A stretch of DNA of 62,233 nucleotides, filler included, from Choristocarpus tenellus KU-1152 (Eukaryota; Protista; Phaeophyceae): assembly GCA_964200185.2 (NCBI GenBank). It is 13 parts of 13 records of this genome, joined end to end, with 100 filler letters (N's around TTAATTAATTAA, not from the genome) between each part and the next. Parts side by side here need not be neighbours in the genome. Positions count along the whole stretch, not along the records: positions 10,175 to 13,916 come from CAXNAD020018200.1; positions 14,017 to 21,331 come from CAXNAD020006348.1; positions 21,432 to 24,420 come from CAXNAD020023109.1; positions 24,521 to 36,160 come from CAXNAD020002211.1; 9 more parts are not named here. The stretch is one strand, 5' to 3'. Positions within the stretch are counted from its first letter, which is position 1. Every line of letters starts with the position of its first letter. The position numbers and the translations under genes are program-made. Below are positions 12,339 to 26,629 of this stretch, piece after piece. The notes under the pieces are model-generated. The model ran no database searches, was not told the origin of the DNA, and saw only the letters and a list, made by a program, of their open reading frames with translations.

Positions 12339-12874
12339 AGTCAAGGAGGAGTTGGAGGAAATACTCAGAATCGATCGCCATAAGAAAATATGGGAGGCAA
12401 AGGATGAGCTTCTTCGAGGTGATACGGTTTGGGTGTTGAGGTGGAGGACTCCTGTATTCCACTGCCTTGACAACAGCCAACATAAGTGTGGCAATTGTTT
12501 GTCAATATCTTCTTACTGCGTCACCTGGGCGAATTGTGTGAACTCTGGTCCACGATTGCCTTTTTCTCTGTAGTAGGTATTTTGGATAATGAGTACACAT
12601 CTCAATAAACTTGTTGCAGATATTCGGGGCTTTTGGAATAATTTTTCTTTTCTGATTCTCATCTGTTCCAGCAATGGACATCAAGAATCGCCTTCCCACT
12701 ATGGCTGAGATTCAACTGGCCAGTCGTGTTGAGAGGACCAAAGCTGTGTTTGGGCATGCTGGATACATGCCAGATGATGACAAGGGGCTGGCTAAAACAA
12801 CAGTGGTTACATTGGCTATCATAGGAGATAGGAAAGAGAGACCAATTTTCTCGAGGAGAGAAGTCTGTGACCAG
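12339..12874 (+). CDS. Two internal exons of an unknown gene
   Basis: 12339-12418 (VKEELEEILRIDRHKKIWEAKDELLR, phase 1) joins 12672-12874 (AMDIKNRLPTM..EVCDQ), which ends at a CAG|GCAAGT GC donor. The phase fits the EF-hand gene, but a linker lies between them. Confidence 0.6.
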
Positions 12875-13828
12875 GCAAGTTAGCATGACATAGGATGGCA
12901 TGCTGTCAGTACTGTGTCAACATTCCGAGAAACTACTGTTGTGCTACATCTGAGAATACATGTACCGTACAAGCACTTCATACATCACAAGTAAAAGACT
13001 CTAGGTAGATGGCCATTCCATTAGAAGCCCCAAACTAATCAAAACACAGATGTCCACCATGGCATATGTAACATGTCGTAGCCTGATCTGCATCCTCCTG
13101 GCGATTTCCGTTCCCATTCATAACTAAGCTGACGACTCATTTGATGTCAGTTGACACCTTCAGAGAGAGTGGCAAAGTCAATAATCTCACAGCTAAAAAG
13201 CGAGAGGAGCAACCTGCGCCAGGGTGGATTAACTCACTTGGCAATTAGGGGCTGGTGGTCTCCTGCCAGCAGGGCACGGGTGCTTGAGTCCTCAGAGGTG
13301 CTATTATCAGTGTGATGGTTATCCCTGATTGTGTAAGATAGCGAGAGAGAATGCTACAATGAATCTGCACATTAAAATGAAGTTTGTGATTTCAATACAT
13401 TTGATATCAAGAGGACACATGGGCCCTTTGGTCTTTTGTTGAATAAAATCCTCTTTTAGAGAGTGACCATTTTTTCTCTCTGTTGCACTTTGTTGCACTT
13501 GCTCTCTTAAGAAATTACACTATGTCTTTTTGGAGCAACGGTAATATCCAAATCAAGTTGCTAATTTCAGCATCCTGGGTGACATTGTGACCTCACAGTA
13601 TCTTGCACCCTAAGTCGCGAAATTTAGACATGGTGGTTGGCTACACACAAGCGAGAACAAAATACTCTCTGTGGACACATTCTTGTCTTTAGAAATTATT
13701 TTCTTTTATGCTGTGTGCGGTAGGACCTGCGTTAGTGGAAATCTCAGAGTCCCATAAGCAAGGCAGGTAATAGGTTCTTCTGTGTACTTGATTGGATTTG
13801 GGTGCAAATTTCCCTCTCACGTAGATCG

Positions 13829-13864
<36 letters not shown>

Positions 13865-14409
13865 ACCTCCTTCCCCCGTCGTTCTCCGTCCCTGTCTTCT
13901 TTCTTCTTTTCACTGTNNNNNNNNNNNNNNNNNNNNNNNNNNNNNNNNNNNNNNNNNNNNTTAATTAATTAANNNNNNNNNNNNNNNNNNNNNNNNNNNN
14001 NNNNNNNNNNNNNNNNTCCTTTTTTTTTTCTGGGAAGGGGAGTTGCCCTTGCTTTTGGGGGGGGTGTTGGGGTTGGGGGGGGGTGGGGGTGGGGGGGGGG
14101 GGGGGGGTTAGGTTGTGACTGTACATGGTGTGTTCCGCATGCATGTTTTTTTTTATCATTTCCAAGGGGTTATGATAGTTTTAGGTGTATGCCCTTTTCC
14201 TTCAGTCTTTTCATGTTGTGCCTTCTGCATTCCAACATTATTATTATTATTGTTATTATTATCTCTCTGGGATGTCGCTGAAACTTGACTGATTGTTTTC
14301 TAGTACGTGTATTTTTGCTAATAAAAGGTATATTTTCCATTTATTTTTTTATGTATTAGAATGTCATTGGGTACAAAGTGGCACATTAGGAAGTATCTAG
14401 GATTTGGAT

Positions 14410-15416
14410 AAAGGTTAGGGTTAGACCCCTCATTGTCTGTTAATATTGTAGTATCTTTCTTAGTAAGAAATACTTTCCATTTCATTTTACAACCTATTGG
14501 AATATCATTAGATATGTACTAGCATGTTTTTTTTAAGTATCCAGGGTTGGGGTTAGGGTTAGGGTTAAACCCCTTCAGTTGTCTATTATCCACTACACTA
14601 CTCTGAAAGATGCTCAACTACTTACATAGGGTTAGGGTGATATTTCTGTCGTATGCTTGGAACTGTATTGAAACTGAGCCTAACCTATCCTATCTCCCCG
14701 CCTCTGCTGGTGTTGCGACGTGACTGGTTTAACACTTGTGACAGTTACATCTCATTGTCGTTTACATGGTGTAACGACCCGCTTGTCTTACTTGTTGTTA
14801 CGTTGTCCACGGAACCAATCAGGTCAGTTCGTACTGGGTGTTCAAGACGCTCTTTGAGGTGTGCACTCTGCAAAAGTGCTACTACTGTGCCTTCTACTTC
14901 TCCTATGCCATTGGAAAGGGTATTCAGTGAGTAGTTAGTAGTTACCACCATCGACCAATCAAATTGCTCGCCTCCTTCATCTTGTCTTCCTGCGGGCTGC
15001 CCTAACCCTAACCCTAAATTCTACCCATTTTGAAGAAGTATATATAGATACGTTGTTGGTAGTCCCACCTGACTATGTGCTTGGATTGTTTGGAATTAAG
15101 ACCTGCCCTAGAGGATGGTGTTAATGTTGATGACCTTCAACAGCTCCTCCGACTCTCTCCCTGACTCTCTCTCTCTCTCTCTCTCTGGTGGTACTCTTTT
15201 TTTCTTAGTAGCCATGGTTGTGAAGTGCATTTTATTTTTTTATTGGTTTCGTTCGGTTTGTAGAAGAAACTTACCCTAACCCTATGTCCGTTTTTTTTAG
15301 GTATCTTGATCGCTGTTCTTGTTAATCAGTGTTGAAAAAGAATCCCCTTGAAGCCTTGAATTGGTCATACCACACACCCCTCCCATTCCCTTTCACCCCA
15401 ACCCTAACCCTAACCT
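14410..15416. repeat. Cluster of short interstitial TTAGGG/CCCTAA tracts
   Basis: Tracts of 2-3 units at about 14413, 14543-14566 and 14628 (G-strand on +), and at 15000-15017, 15273 and 15397-15415 (C-strand on +). Confidence 0.8.
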
Positions 15417-16826
15417 CTATCTGCAAGAGCTGACATATTAGTCTACATCACTGTTTTAGTGTAGGAACGGTTTGGTTGGCGGTGCTTGTCTTAACCCTGT
15501 GACTTGGGAAAGTAAAATGGGTTATGTTATGTGTGGAATTAATTGTATGCTTTGGGGTAGATGTGTAGCACTACAGTGCTACACCGGTTCCCAATTATTT
15601 CAGAGTTGGACAAAAAATAAAAAGAGTGTATTTACTTGGCAGCCTGCTCCCCAAAAGAGTCTATTTTAGATTAAACGCTGCTATCTTGGTGTGCATTACA
15701 CATCGGAGTGAAATATTATCAAGTGTGTGATAGAAATGGACATGTCGTGTGATATTTAGGAGGTGTCGTTGTCGTGGGGTGTTGCTTGTAGGTATGTTGT
15801 TCAAGGAGGTGAACATGGGTAGGAACAGAAACAGTTGCAATGCTCCATGGAAGAGGTTCTAGTGTTCTTGTCTTTCCAGGCACCAGAGGGTATCCCCATG
15901 GCAGTTACAAAACAGTTTCAAGAATAGAGAGTGTCAAACTGGAGAGTGTCGGTGCTTTCAGGATATAGGAGTTCCTACCAATTGGTGCTGATGTAATTTT
16001 GGTGATGTGCATTGTGATGCATCTTTCCGTCTACATGAACAAGCTCTTCAACTCCAGTTCCACAGTCTACAGGGATGAAGGTTCCTGTTTTGATGACAAC
16101 CCTCTGGTGGTCCGGTTGCTCAATTCTGCAGTCTCAATTCCAACTATTGGAGGTTGTGTGTGTGTGCATAGAGCCAGTGTTAGATGAGAGTAAAGATTCG
16201 CAAGAATCAGATTTCAGTGTCATAACTATACCCCCTAAAGAGTTGAAGCGGAGGTAGAAGCAATCCCCTTACACTCTTTGGTTAATTTGTGGTTTTCCCT
16301 TTTGGACATGGCAACCAGATTTAATCGCATAATTGGATAATTGGATAAATGTGAATGGCTCCCAGCATCATTTCTCATCACGCCTATGTTTATCCCCTCC
16401 CCCCTGTCTTCTTTTGTTGGTTTGTTCCACCGTCTTTGTTCTGATGTTCCTGTAGGGAGGGCACAGCCAGCGCCATTATCCTTTGGTGCTTAATAGTACC
16501 ACTACCACTGCTAATCTGCCTGATACCCCTCTCCACAAGGACAATTCCCCTCTATGCACAGCTAGGCACACTGCAGAGTAAGGTGAATAGTGACGCCTCT
16601 GAACTAGGAAACACTTCTGGATGTTCGATCGGTAAAATCACTTGCTCTGAGACTGTGACCATCAGATTTTGGACCCCTCTGTGCAGTGTGTTTGATTGGT
16701 CGAGACAACTAGTACTGTGAAAATATGTAGTATGTAGGAGTATTTAGGAGTGATTTCCCCTCCCCCCCTCCCCCCCAAGGGGACAAACTGATGTATGTAT
16801 TGTATGTTATTTTTGGGTGTGGCCAG

Positions 16827-19046
16827 ATTGAGAAAGAGGTGGTGCTGGACATTATTCATCGACAGGAGGAGGCAGAGATAGCCAGGCAGACCGTGCTGTC
16901 CAAGTTGCAACATGCCCTCAAGGATAAGATGCTCAACTCAGCTGAGGTCAGTCAGTCAGTCATGACAAAGGCAGGAAGAGCAAGGATAATTTTATTGTTA
17001 ATAATAATAATAAACTTGAAGTATGTATTTTGATGGTACTAGTTAGTTACTTCAGGGATGAACTTTGTTGAACCTTAACTTACAAGCAAGAACAAGTATT
17101 ACCATAAAGATAGGTACAGTGCCCTTGGAATATTCATCCCCATACCTTAGTAGGCATGTTTTTTTTTTTCTCCAATCGACAAAATCCATACTAAAGTAAG
17201 TACTTTTGTCATCCGTCCGTCCGACTCCAGGAGGTTCTGGTGATCTTTGCAAGTCCGTAATTCCCAGTAAAGACCCAATTTCCACACCAAAGTGTTCGCC
17301 TTGTGGCCCTCCCTCAGTGAAGTCACTGTTTAATTCTATACTTTAATTAAGTGCTTTGTGGTTTTTATCCTGTAATCTTGATTTGTTATTGGTGCAAAGA
17401 TCTAAAGGACAAGGCCTGGTGTTAGAATTGTGGTTCTTTTTGTACTCCAAGTCAAGGTCAATCGTCGCCATGCCATTCTGGCTGTAAGGAGGTCATTGGC
17501 GTGGGGCTTAATGTATTACTCCCAGGCTATCCTCCTCTTGAGTACCCTATCTGACATCTTCGGGTGCTTTAATCTGGCATCTTTGAGTATTTCAAGCCGA
17601 CAGGAACGTTCTTCCTCATTTCCGGGAGCATGGAGGGGCAGTTCTATGCATGTATACACTGTATACACTACTCCTCCGCATCTCTCTCTCTCTATCTTTC
17701 CCTACCCAACATCCATCTCCCCTCGATCTTCCTGTATTGGGTTTTTCTTGACCTGAAAGCTGGAGTCCAATTTCCTCATGTCAGGGTGTATATGCCAACG
17801 AAGTTGGGAAGTGCTTTACGAGTAGTCTCTTGATCCTTGTTGAATAGGAAGAGTTGGCAATACATGTTAAGAGCTTGCACCTCCTAGTGTGTTGTCTTTG
17901 CTATCTGATGATGAGACTGCTCTTCGTCAGTGAATACCCTTACATTTATGGACTGTATTACGTTGTACCTTTTTGGATTTATTTGTCCTTCAACATGGGG
18001 TTTACTCCCTCAAAGTCATTGTTGTTAATTTTTAATTCCTCTGCTCTGTATGCAGGCCAACTTCGGGCGTGAGCAGGCATCAAGAGAGCCTGTCAGCCCT
18101 CGGACCAGTGCCATTGAGCATTGGTTTTCTGAATGGGACAAAGATAAGAATGGTGTTATCTCCAGACACGAACTGCAACAGGGGATCAAGTCTATCAACA
18201 TTTTCCTCTCAGAGGTATGCGACTATGTGATGCAATGAACTCAAGAGTCAATGGATCGTACTGGGGTATGTTGGTCATGGTTTCACAGTCAAGGCGTATG
18301 TGAACGAGTTCTATACCCCTCCCTTTGTGCCCCCCCCCCCCTGGTGATGCTGTAGGTATATAGTGGCTGTTTTGGGGTATGGTATTTTCCTTGTGCACAA
18401 TGTGGTTTGTATTTTGTTGCTTGGACAAGTCATCTACTTTGGTTCACGCACCAAGTTGTTTGGCATATGCCACAGTACGACCAAGCAGTGGTATATTGTT
18501 ATCCACTTTTCATTACCGTTTTTTCTTTCTTCATTGTTTCCGTTTAATTCGCTCCTGTCGAAACATCTAACTGGTGACAGTGGTTGTGAAATAATTCGTT
18601 AAACAATAGAAACAGAGCATGTATGTCTGGGGTTTTATTTTGTTTTGTTTTCAAGAAGTGTATTTTTTATTTTGTTTTTATTTTTATTTTTGCACTCACG
18701 GATCATGAAGGTGGAGCTCAAGGAGCTGTTTCGGCTTGCGGATCCTGACCATTCCAAGAGCATTGACCTAGAGGAGTTCAAGGTGTTTTTGTCTGACTTG
18801 AAGCAACTGGAGGATGAGGGAAACAATGAAGCAATCAGGCGAACCCTATTCAAGAGGTCCACACTGAGAGACGTCATGTTGCAGAGTATGTACATGGATG
18901 AGGAAGATCTCCTTGAAACTTCTTCACAGACTGATGGTAACAGTGCCGACACTTCTCCAAGCTCTGGACAGACACCACGAGGAAAATCTGTTGGGAACTC
19001 TCTGGTTGCACCTCTGGAAAACGTGAAAGATGACACTGCCGTGTGA
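16827..19046 (+). CDS. EF-hand calcium-binding protein, last three exons
   Basis: Phase-0 exons 16827-16946, 18056-18214 (loop DKDKNGVISRHE) and 18711-19046 (loop DPDHSKSIDLEE, TGA stop), all with AG/GT boundaries. Confidence 0.85.
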
Positions 19047-20730
19047 CATGAGGGAAGAGGGGCACTAGGAGTATAAACCCATTTATTTTTGTTTATGTGG
19101 CTGAGGTTTTTAAGGTTGGTCCCCTCCATGAAGCTTTTTTTGTTGCAATGACCTGTTCTGAGTCCCTACATTTGGTTTGTGTTATCTCACTCAGGTCCTG
19201 TCGTTTATGACCACAGGTAGGTATAGAATGACTACCTGGAATATTATATGAAGAAGCAAACTTGTCGCGATGGGTGAGGTTGGGAATACAGTGTATTTTT
19301 CTTGTTGTAGTTGTAGTTGACTTTGAATATTTGCTCTGATCAAACCCACTTTCTGTTTGGGAGGGCTTAGTTTTTTTTAAACTATATATGGTGAGTTTTT
19401 GTCTGGGGTGTCAAAACTTCCGTTTGAAGAATTTAATCAGGTGATGTAGTTGGGCCTCGACTAGCTCTAGGTTGTGGTATCACTGATTGAAAAAGAAGGA
19501 AGTGGAGGAAGGACCTTGATCTCAGCATCAAGTGGACGTGAATAATAACTTGGGAGTGTCTCACAAATCCCCATGTTTAAGGGTTGCGTTTCTTTTTATA
19601 TTATCTCCATCTTTTTGTTACTTGCTGAACTTGCGGCGGGTGACTGAAGTGTAGGGTGGTTGGTTTCATCACAAAATTCCCCTGGTATTGTGGCTGTTTG
19701 CAGTTGTGATGTATTAGCATAGGCAATAGTGCTCATCCTGCACCGTGAGATACATAATATGATGCATATTACTCTACTTGTACAGTGGAATGTTTTGTTA
19801 CCGTTTCCCAACCATTTTGTTCTTCCATGTGAGAATAGTTGGCACTTCCATTTAGCAGCATATACAACTACGTTTTCCTTTGCTCACAAACTCTGCATTG
19901 CATAGTTTGCCTTACTTAGCATTATATCCACGCCACTCCTCATCAACTGAGGATGTCACACCACCACCTTATTACCACACCAACTATGCGACCATTTTCC
20001 GCGAATGCGCTCCAATACTGAGCCTTTGAACTAGAATACGTCTACCCCACCCAAGCTTGACCTCCCCTCCCCCCAACATCCCACTCAATCATGAGCAATC
20101 AAGAGGGTGGGCAGGTGGGAGAAATTGTATGTACCACTCATTTTGGGCAATATCTGTATGTTGTGCTTTAGGTTGACAGAATCAGTCTGTGCAGGAACAA
20201 ATAGTGTGCGAGCGAAATAAAGACTGAAAAGATCCAACCAATTCAGAACACGTTTTAAGTTAGTAGGTGTAACAGATTGCCTTAAACGGTTGTTTAGTAG
20301 GTTCTATATCAGCTATTATTTTAGCGAGTGTGACAAATTGTCATGTGTGCTACAAAACCTCAGACATGTTCCTAGGGCAGCCATGACGATGGGTGCACTC
20401 ACTACAATATAAGAAACGATGAAAAATGATATTTAGAGAAATGGAGTCGTTTTGTAGATGTAGGTGTCACTACATCATACAAAGTCTTGTCCGCCTATCA
20501 GATTGTGTATCAACTACAGCTTGGGAGGTGTCTCCTTTTGTTTTGCGTTATGGTTGAGCTTGTTAATAGATCGTCCAAGCAGATTGATATCAAAACCGTT
20601 ATCGATTGCGTTCTTTTTTCATAATTGGGTGATTTAGGTGGGACGGCAACGGTGATACGATACTCAGAGTAGCTTGATAGGGAAATACTTTGCGCAGACC
20701 ATTTGATTGCTGTTCACTTTGATGCCATTC

Positions 20731-21059
20731 GACCCAAAGTATCTGGGGGGGGGGGGGGGGGGGGGAGGCCGCAGGTGTCCCTTTTGGCGCAAAAAGAGGA
20801 AAAGCGCCCCCACAACAACCACCCCCCTCANNNNNNNNNNTGAAGCTTGAGTCGGTCAGGAAAGAGGGGAAGGGTGGGAGGGGGGGAGGGTTGCAGTGTT
20901 CTAGGTCTTCCTACAGCAGTGTGTCCATTTGGCTCAAAATCAGGAAAAGTGCACTCACATTAACCATCCGACTTATGCAACCGAATCACAAAAAAATCGC
21001 GACATGAAAAATTGGCCCCAAGTGGACAGCCGCCACTCCCCCCCCAGATTCTTTGAGCC
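20731..21059 (+). mobile_element. MITE family B (poorly assembled, 10-N gap inside)
   Basis: Both termini present; flanks TTC/TTC. Confidence 0.75.
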
Positions 21060-22265
21060 TTCCTTGAACTAAGATGCTAATCACGGGAGAGATCACCCTT
21101 CGTACATACTCTTCTTAACTTTAGGGGAGTATGTTTTTCCTCTTACTATGTACATATTATAGATATTTTTGTCCACACTAGCGAGCACTGGCCATTTTCC
21201 TCACCACTTACGGCCATGATGGTTTTTTGTACACACGCAGTTGATGCCCACTACACCACCTTGAGACACCACCAGACTGCTTGTACCCAGCGAAAACATA
21301 ATTTTTTGGATGCAGAGTCGCTCATTAGAACNNNNNNNNNNNNNNNNNNNNNNNNNNNNNNNNNNNNNNNNNNNNTTAATTAATTAANNNNNNNNNNNNN
21401 NNNNNNNNNNNNNNNNNNNNNNNNNNNNNNNGTTAATATAAAAGGAAGAACAGAGATGGGAACAACAACAAAATAGAAAGGGGAACACAAGGTAACAGTG
21501 GAACGCACTTGATACAAGTTCCGAAGTAACTTGGATGACGTGTGCTATGATGTTCCTGTGTGTGATGTGGATCAACCTAATATCAACTGATGCTATACTT
21601 CTATCTACTGTCATCGATGTGACGATGAGTTGGAATGCGCAATAAATAAATGAACACTAACAACCAGTGCAGTGCACCAATCAACAGTCAGTACAAGCTG
21701 GTAGTATGTGTATCATATCAACAAGGAACAAATGAGTAGCCTATGTTTTAACAACATGTGTGAGAATTGTTATGTTGGAATGTTAGAGACTGTGTCGACG
21801 GCTCTTGCCTTTGTTTATCTTCGAAACGTGAGCATTGAACAGTTAGGTTAGATACGGTGGACATGGGAAACATTTAGAAAGCGTTCTGTAAGAAATGAAA
21901 ATGACACGATTAACATGTTCTGCCGTACGACAAAAGACAGGTTGTTGTTGCTTTATCGGCTAATGAAGAGAGGAAAGTTTGATGGAGGAGTGTACCCTGC
22001 AAAAAATGTGAACGTGAACATGGACTAAATTTGGGGTCCTTTGTCCTACGGCAAAAGGTTTTGAAAAGTGTGTGTATTTCATTTTAGAAGATCTCTGGAT
22101 ATATGTCTTGTGACTGACTTAGTGTGTGATGGGCTAGGACAAAAAAGAGATGAGTTGACGCGTTTTATCGTACGACAGAAGACAGGTTGTTATTGTTGAA
22201 ACCTGAATCGAATGCATCGTACATGTAAGCAAAATGCGTAGACTACTAGCGATGGTGAATCATGG

Positions 22266-24420
22266 TGTTGAAAAGCACCGATGAGCGATATTCGTAGTCT
22301 ATGTTTTAATAGATAGATGTGATTGTGCTGCAGAGCACCAATGTATTTATTCTGTTGTAAGAATCTGTTTAATATAGTTACATCACATGGATTCAATTCA
22401 ACACAATAATCTCATATACACAAAATAAGGTACACTTCACTATTGTCCTATTTTGCACACTCCCCCATGAGAGTGCAGGCAATGAAAGTTGCTGGAACTC
22501 TCAAACCTAAAACATCTTATTGTGTACACTCCCATTCTGCACACTTTTCATGAAATTGAAGTAAAAGACGTCAGATTGGTTGAATTCTCACACACATCAC
22601 ATTTATCTTTTCAACGCAATAAAAGAACACTGATTGCTTGCACTCGAACATACGTCATTCATCTAGTCAACACAGTATCTACGAAGTCTTGTACTTGCTT
22701 CTTTAGATGCACCGACACAGTGATGTACAATCGTGTCCCATGATGACCCCTCGCTTAGTTTATGGTAACAAATTTGAACCAGCCCCCTTTTGCTGTTTCT
22801 CTTCTTCGACGTAGCACTCACTCCCCCAGGCTTGAAGCCTATCATAATTGAATGTCTTATACATCCTCTCGTTGAGTTAAGTCTTGTGCCACCAACCTGG
22901 CCTTGACTAAACGTACAATCTTTCCAGACCATATACCACATCCATCACATAAATGAACAAAGATCTCTTCACTAATGTCTGCTTGGATAAAATCTTGCTT
23001 CACATCCCAATGCTTTAATTCCCAATCCCTGTCTGCAGCTAATGCTAAAACCATTTTCAAAGACGCCGGGGACGGTGTTGGTGCAAAGGTATCTTGGTAA
23101 TCTATACCCTCAATCTGTCGAAAAACCTTTTGCTACCAAACGTGCCTTGTATCTAACTACCTCACCAATTTTGTTAGTCTTACGCTTGTGAATCCATTTA
23201 GTATCTATTGCCCTGCGTCTAGGGGGTAATACGGCCTCCACTCAAACATTATTCAACAACAAATCAGACATCTCTTCTGCTCTAGCTCGATCCCATAAAT
23301 CACATTCGGGAGAGCTACGCGCTGCTCTTAAAGTCTTGGGCTGTGGAGGGGGCTCCTTAGGTAACACTCTAATAGAATTATCACTCGCACATATCACAAG
23401 GGTAGTCTCTATGGAAAGAGACAAACAAGTCATAAAAAAAAATGGAAATGTTAAAAACAGCAGCTTTGGCGGAAGTAGGATGATTGCCTGATCTGGTGCG
23501 GTGGGGAAGGATGTTTTCTTCACCATTTCCAATGCTGAGTCGTCGTAATTCTCTTTCACATTGGCTGTCCTTGGCCTAATCCACCCCATCATCATCACCA
23601 TCATTGCTATTCACTTCCATAGCCCTACTAGCAGAATGTGAAGAGAGAGAAGATTGAAAGTTATCTTCGGGACAAGTGCAACAAACGTCAGAGTAACATG
23701 CACCCACTCATCGCGGCCAACATTGAAATTCAAATCAATCTTGCCATGCCCCACAATGGGTAGTGATGTGCCGTCAGCCACGGTCATGTTGTGGCCTTGT
23801 GGACATGTGGTGAACTCATACATGTACTTAGAGTCTTTCGTTACACTGTTGGAAGCACCCGAATCAAAACAACATGTTTCGAAAGCATCCTATCTCACCT
23901 TGCCATTATCAGCCACAGTGGCTAACTTGGTCTTGAACTTCCTAGATTCCCTAGCTGGTTCATCTGGTTCAGCTAGTATTCCCGCCGATTCTAACGGGTT
24001 TGCCCTTCTCTAGGAGCACACAGCTTGCAGGTGGTCATTCTTCCCGCAGCCGTAACACGGTCCTTTAAATGTACAAGAACCGAAATGTCTAACCAATCCA
24101 TACTAATCACATCTCTGTTGGGACTTGGTTAGCACCCTGGAACGGGATCCTGTCATCCCAGGGTCAATACGATGACCAGTCGTACCCCGGTTGCCACCTC
24201 GGCCAGCCTTTTTACTTTTTTTCACGGTCCTCACGGCCGGAGCACTCCCAGGCTCTCCGCGATCTCCTACCTCTAGTTGGATGGAAATGGTTCTTCATGG
24301 TCTGGAGTAGATATTATTTACTCCCCAGACTTACAAGTCTTGTGCAGGCAACCCTTTGCTGACATACTCCCTGGTGCATTCTAGTTTGATGTGACATGCC
24401 TTGTCCGTCCATTGAAATTA
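22266..24420 (-). mobile_element. Internally deleted Ty1/Copia retrotransposon with 3' LTR
   Basis: Zinc knuckle CYGCGKNDHLQAVC (about 24020-24060), protease CFDSGAS and VADG..GHG, and RT motifs RYKARLVAKG, DTFAPT and LKHWDVKQ. Polypurine tract GGGGGAG is followed by a TG..CA LTR at 22459-22266. No integrase or RNase H seen. Confidence 0.9.
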
Positions 24421-26629
24421 NNNNNNNNNNNNNNNNNNNNNNNNNNNNNNNNNNNNNNNNNNNNTTAATTAATTAANNNNNNNNNNNNNNNNNNNNNNNN
24501 NNNNNNNNNNNNNNNNNNNNAGGGGGCCTTTTTAATTGAAAAAACATCCAAAAAAAAAAAAACTTTCGGTACTTTTTAAAGTCCGTTTTCGCAAAACAAC
24601 CATCCTCATAGTCCCGCTCCATCCTCAATTTTGAGAATTTTACATAGTATGTAAAATATACCTATTATATAACATAATTAGAAAAGTTCGAGCGACTAAG
24701 AACGAATAACATACTGTAATGGCAGCAAATGAAATCAGATAATTGATAATATGGAAGTAAGTGGGTGTTCATCTCCAAAGGGGTCACAAAATCAAACACC
24801 GACAACACAAAACCAGTGAATTGAAGGTTGAAGGTAATCAGAAGTTGAAGGTGTGGTGATATAGTTTTCAATAAATTTGAACATGAAGTTGAAAAATAAA
24901 ACTAGAAATGGGCAAATAGATATGAGTGATGGTGGAGGAAGGAAAAACCAAAGGAATATACTTCCAACGTCTCCCTTATTATTTGTAGTATACCCTCTAA
25001 CATTTTACAGGTGGGGATGTGTCAAAGAAAAACCCAAACCCAGTCACAATATATACAAAGAATAGTGTAAATACAACAACAAGAGTATCTGACGTCAATG
25101 CTAAGATTCCTGGTTCCATCAGGTCGCACCTGATACTGCTCTCAGATCTCAAATAGTGGAAGTATGTTCACTACCAAGTATTGGTGAGAACCAAGGGAAA
25201 CGTCCCAACCATCTGTCATGTCACTCCTTTCTTATCCATCTACCCATCTGTGTCTGTCACTAGCTTGAAAGGCATGAAGTGTCTCCAGAGAGCCACTTGT
25301 GCAGTAATAGACACTCTCTAACAAGATTTCGACATTCCCTCTCCTTCAATACCCCCTCCCTACTCTATGGGTAGCCAGCGCGTCCAGGGAACTCTCTAAT
25401 TGCTTACGGTAAGTCGCCAAAACTTTCCAATATATGAAGGTGTTGAGACTAAAACTACCATGATAAAAAGATCCCTCATAGTGGTTAAGCGTTGGTGTAT
25501 GCGTCCAGTTCAGCTATACCTATACATGTCGCTTCAACCCTCTTGAAATATACCCAGAGGTAGATCGTTCCAAGAAAGACTAGGTCCTTATCGCTTCTAC
25601 AAAATTCCAAAAATAATTGAACTGTTTTCTGGAGTTCTGTCTCTATATGTACAGGTACCACATAGAAGTCTTATCTTGCCTTTTCATAGAGGGATTGTGA
25701 TGTAGGAAAATAAGGAGTATTTTGGGTAGAAACTCACAAGTCATCGCCATTTGGTCCGTTAAATGGACCTTTTTCGTACTCAAACACCTGTAGTAAGACT
25801 GTATCTATAAACACAGTGACATTAGATACAAAAGGATCAAGCAAAAAGAAGAAATTAGGTCCAGAAAAAATCAAGTTCAAGTTCTTGTTGTGGTTCCTGA
25901 TTGAAGGATATCTGGAACAACAGTTGGAGTTAGTACACCGTCCCATTCCCATAAATCTCCAATTTGTGATTGGTGGAGCGATAATTGGGTTATAGAACCA
26001 AAACCAAAACTGTAAATTATTGCCATCAGTCAGTGAAAATTTACCATGCGTGCTTTCCTTTTATGTATGGAGAATTGGACTGTAGCGGGTCATTTGGAAC
26101 ATTCTCTTAACCCTGGTTCTTGTGCCACTGGTTACTTATTAAGTATTTGGACATATTCGTTCTAAATATTTCCGAGAATATATCACAGAGAGTTTTCGTA
26201 TTGACCATGAAGAAATTGTTATTTCAAGAAATATCAAATATTGCAATAAAGATTCAGAAAAAGTAGATCCAGTCTTTTCTGTAATTTAAGAGTCAACGCA
26301 TTTTCGTTTCGAACCAATTAATGAGGCTAATGAAATCTCCGATCGATCATAAACAAAGGATATGTACCAAAATCGTTCTGGTTCCGAGAACTTCTCCACA
26401 CAATTATACTCCTTTGATGATTAATACTCTAAAACGGAAAGATAATAGTGGAGGTTTTGAATTCCATCATGTCCTGTGTCAAAATGCACATTCCTCAAGG
26501 TAAATCAACCACACAGCGTACTTCATCACCACAGGTCGGTTTTCTAGCCGAAGGCTACAAGTAAGAACGTAAGCGGTACATCAGTGGGCTAGGTGACGAT
26601 TGTAGGTTCGACATTAGATTGCCTCACGG

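Noticed and set aside
21920-22200. About 28-bp direct repeat (CGTACGACA.AAGACAGGTTGTT) 245 bp apart
   Set aside because: Real but unassignable: no termini, TSD or further copies in the window.
25470-25540. tRNA or tRNA-derived SINE (A-box-like TAGTGGTTAAGCG)
   Set aside because: No B-box at a suitable distance and no cloverleaf.
25738-25787. Isolated minus-strand exon VFEYEKGPFNGPNGDDL
   Set aside because: Good splice sites, but no convincing partner exons could be assembled.
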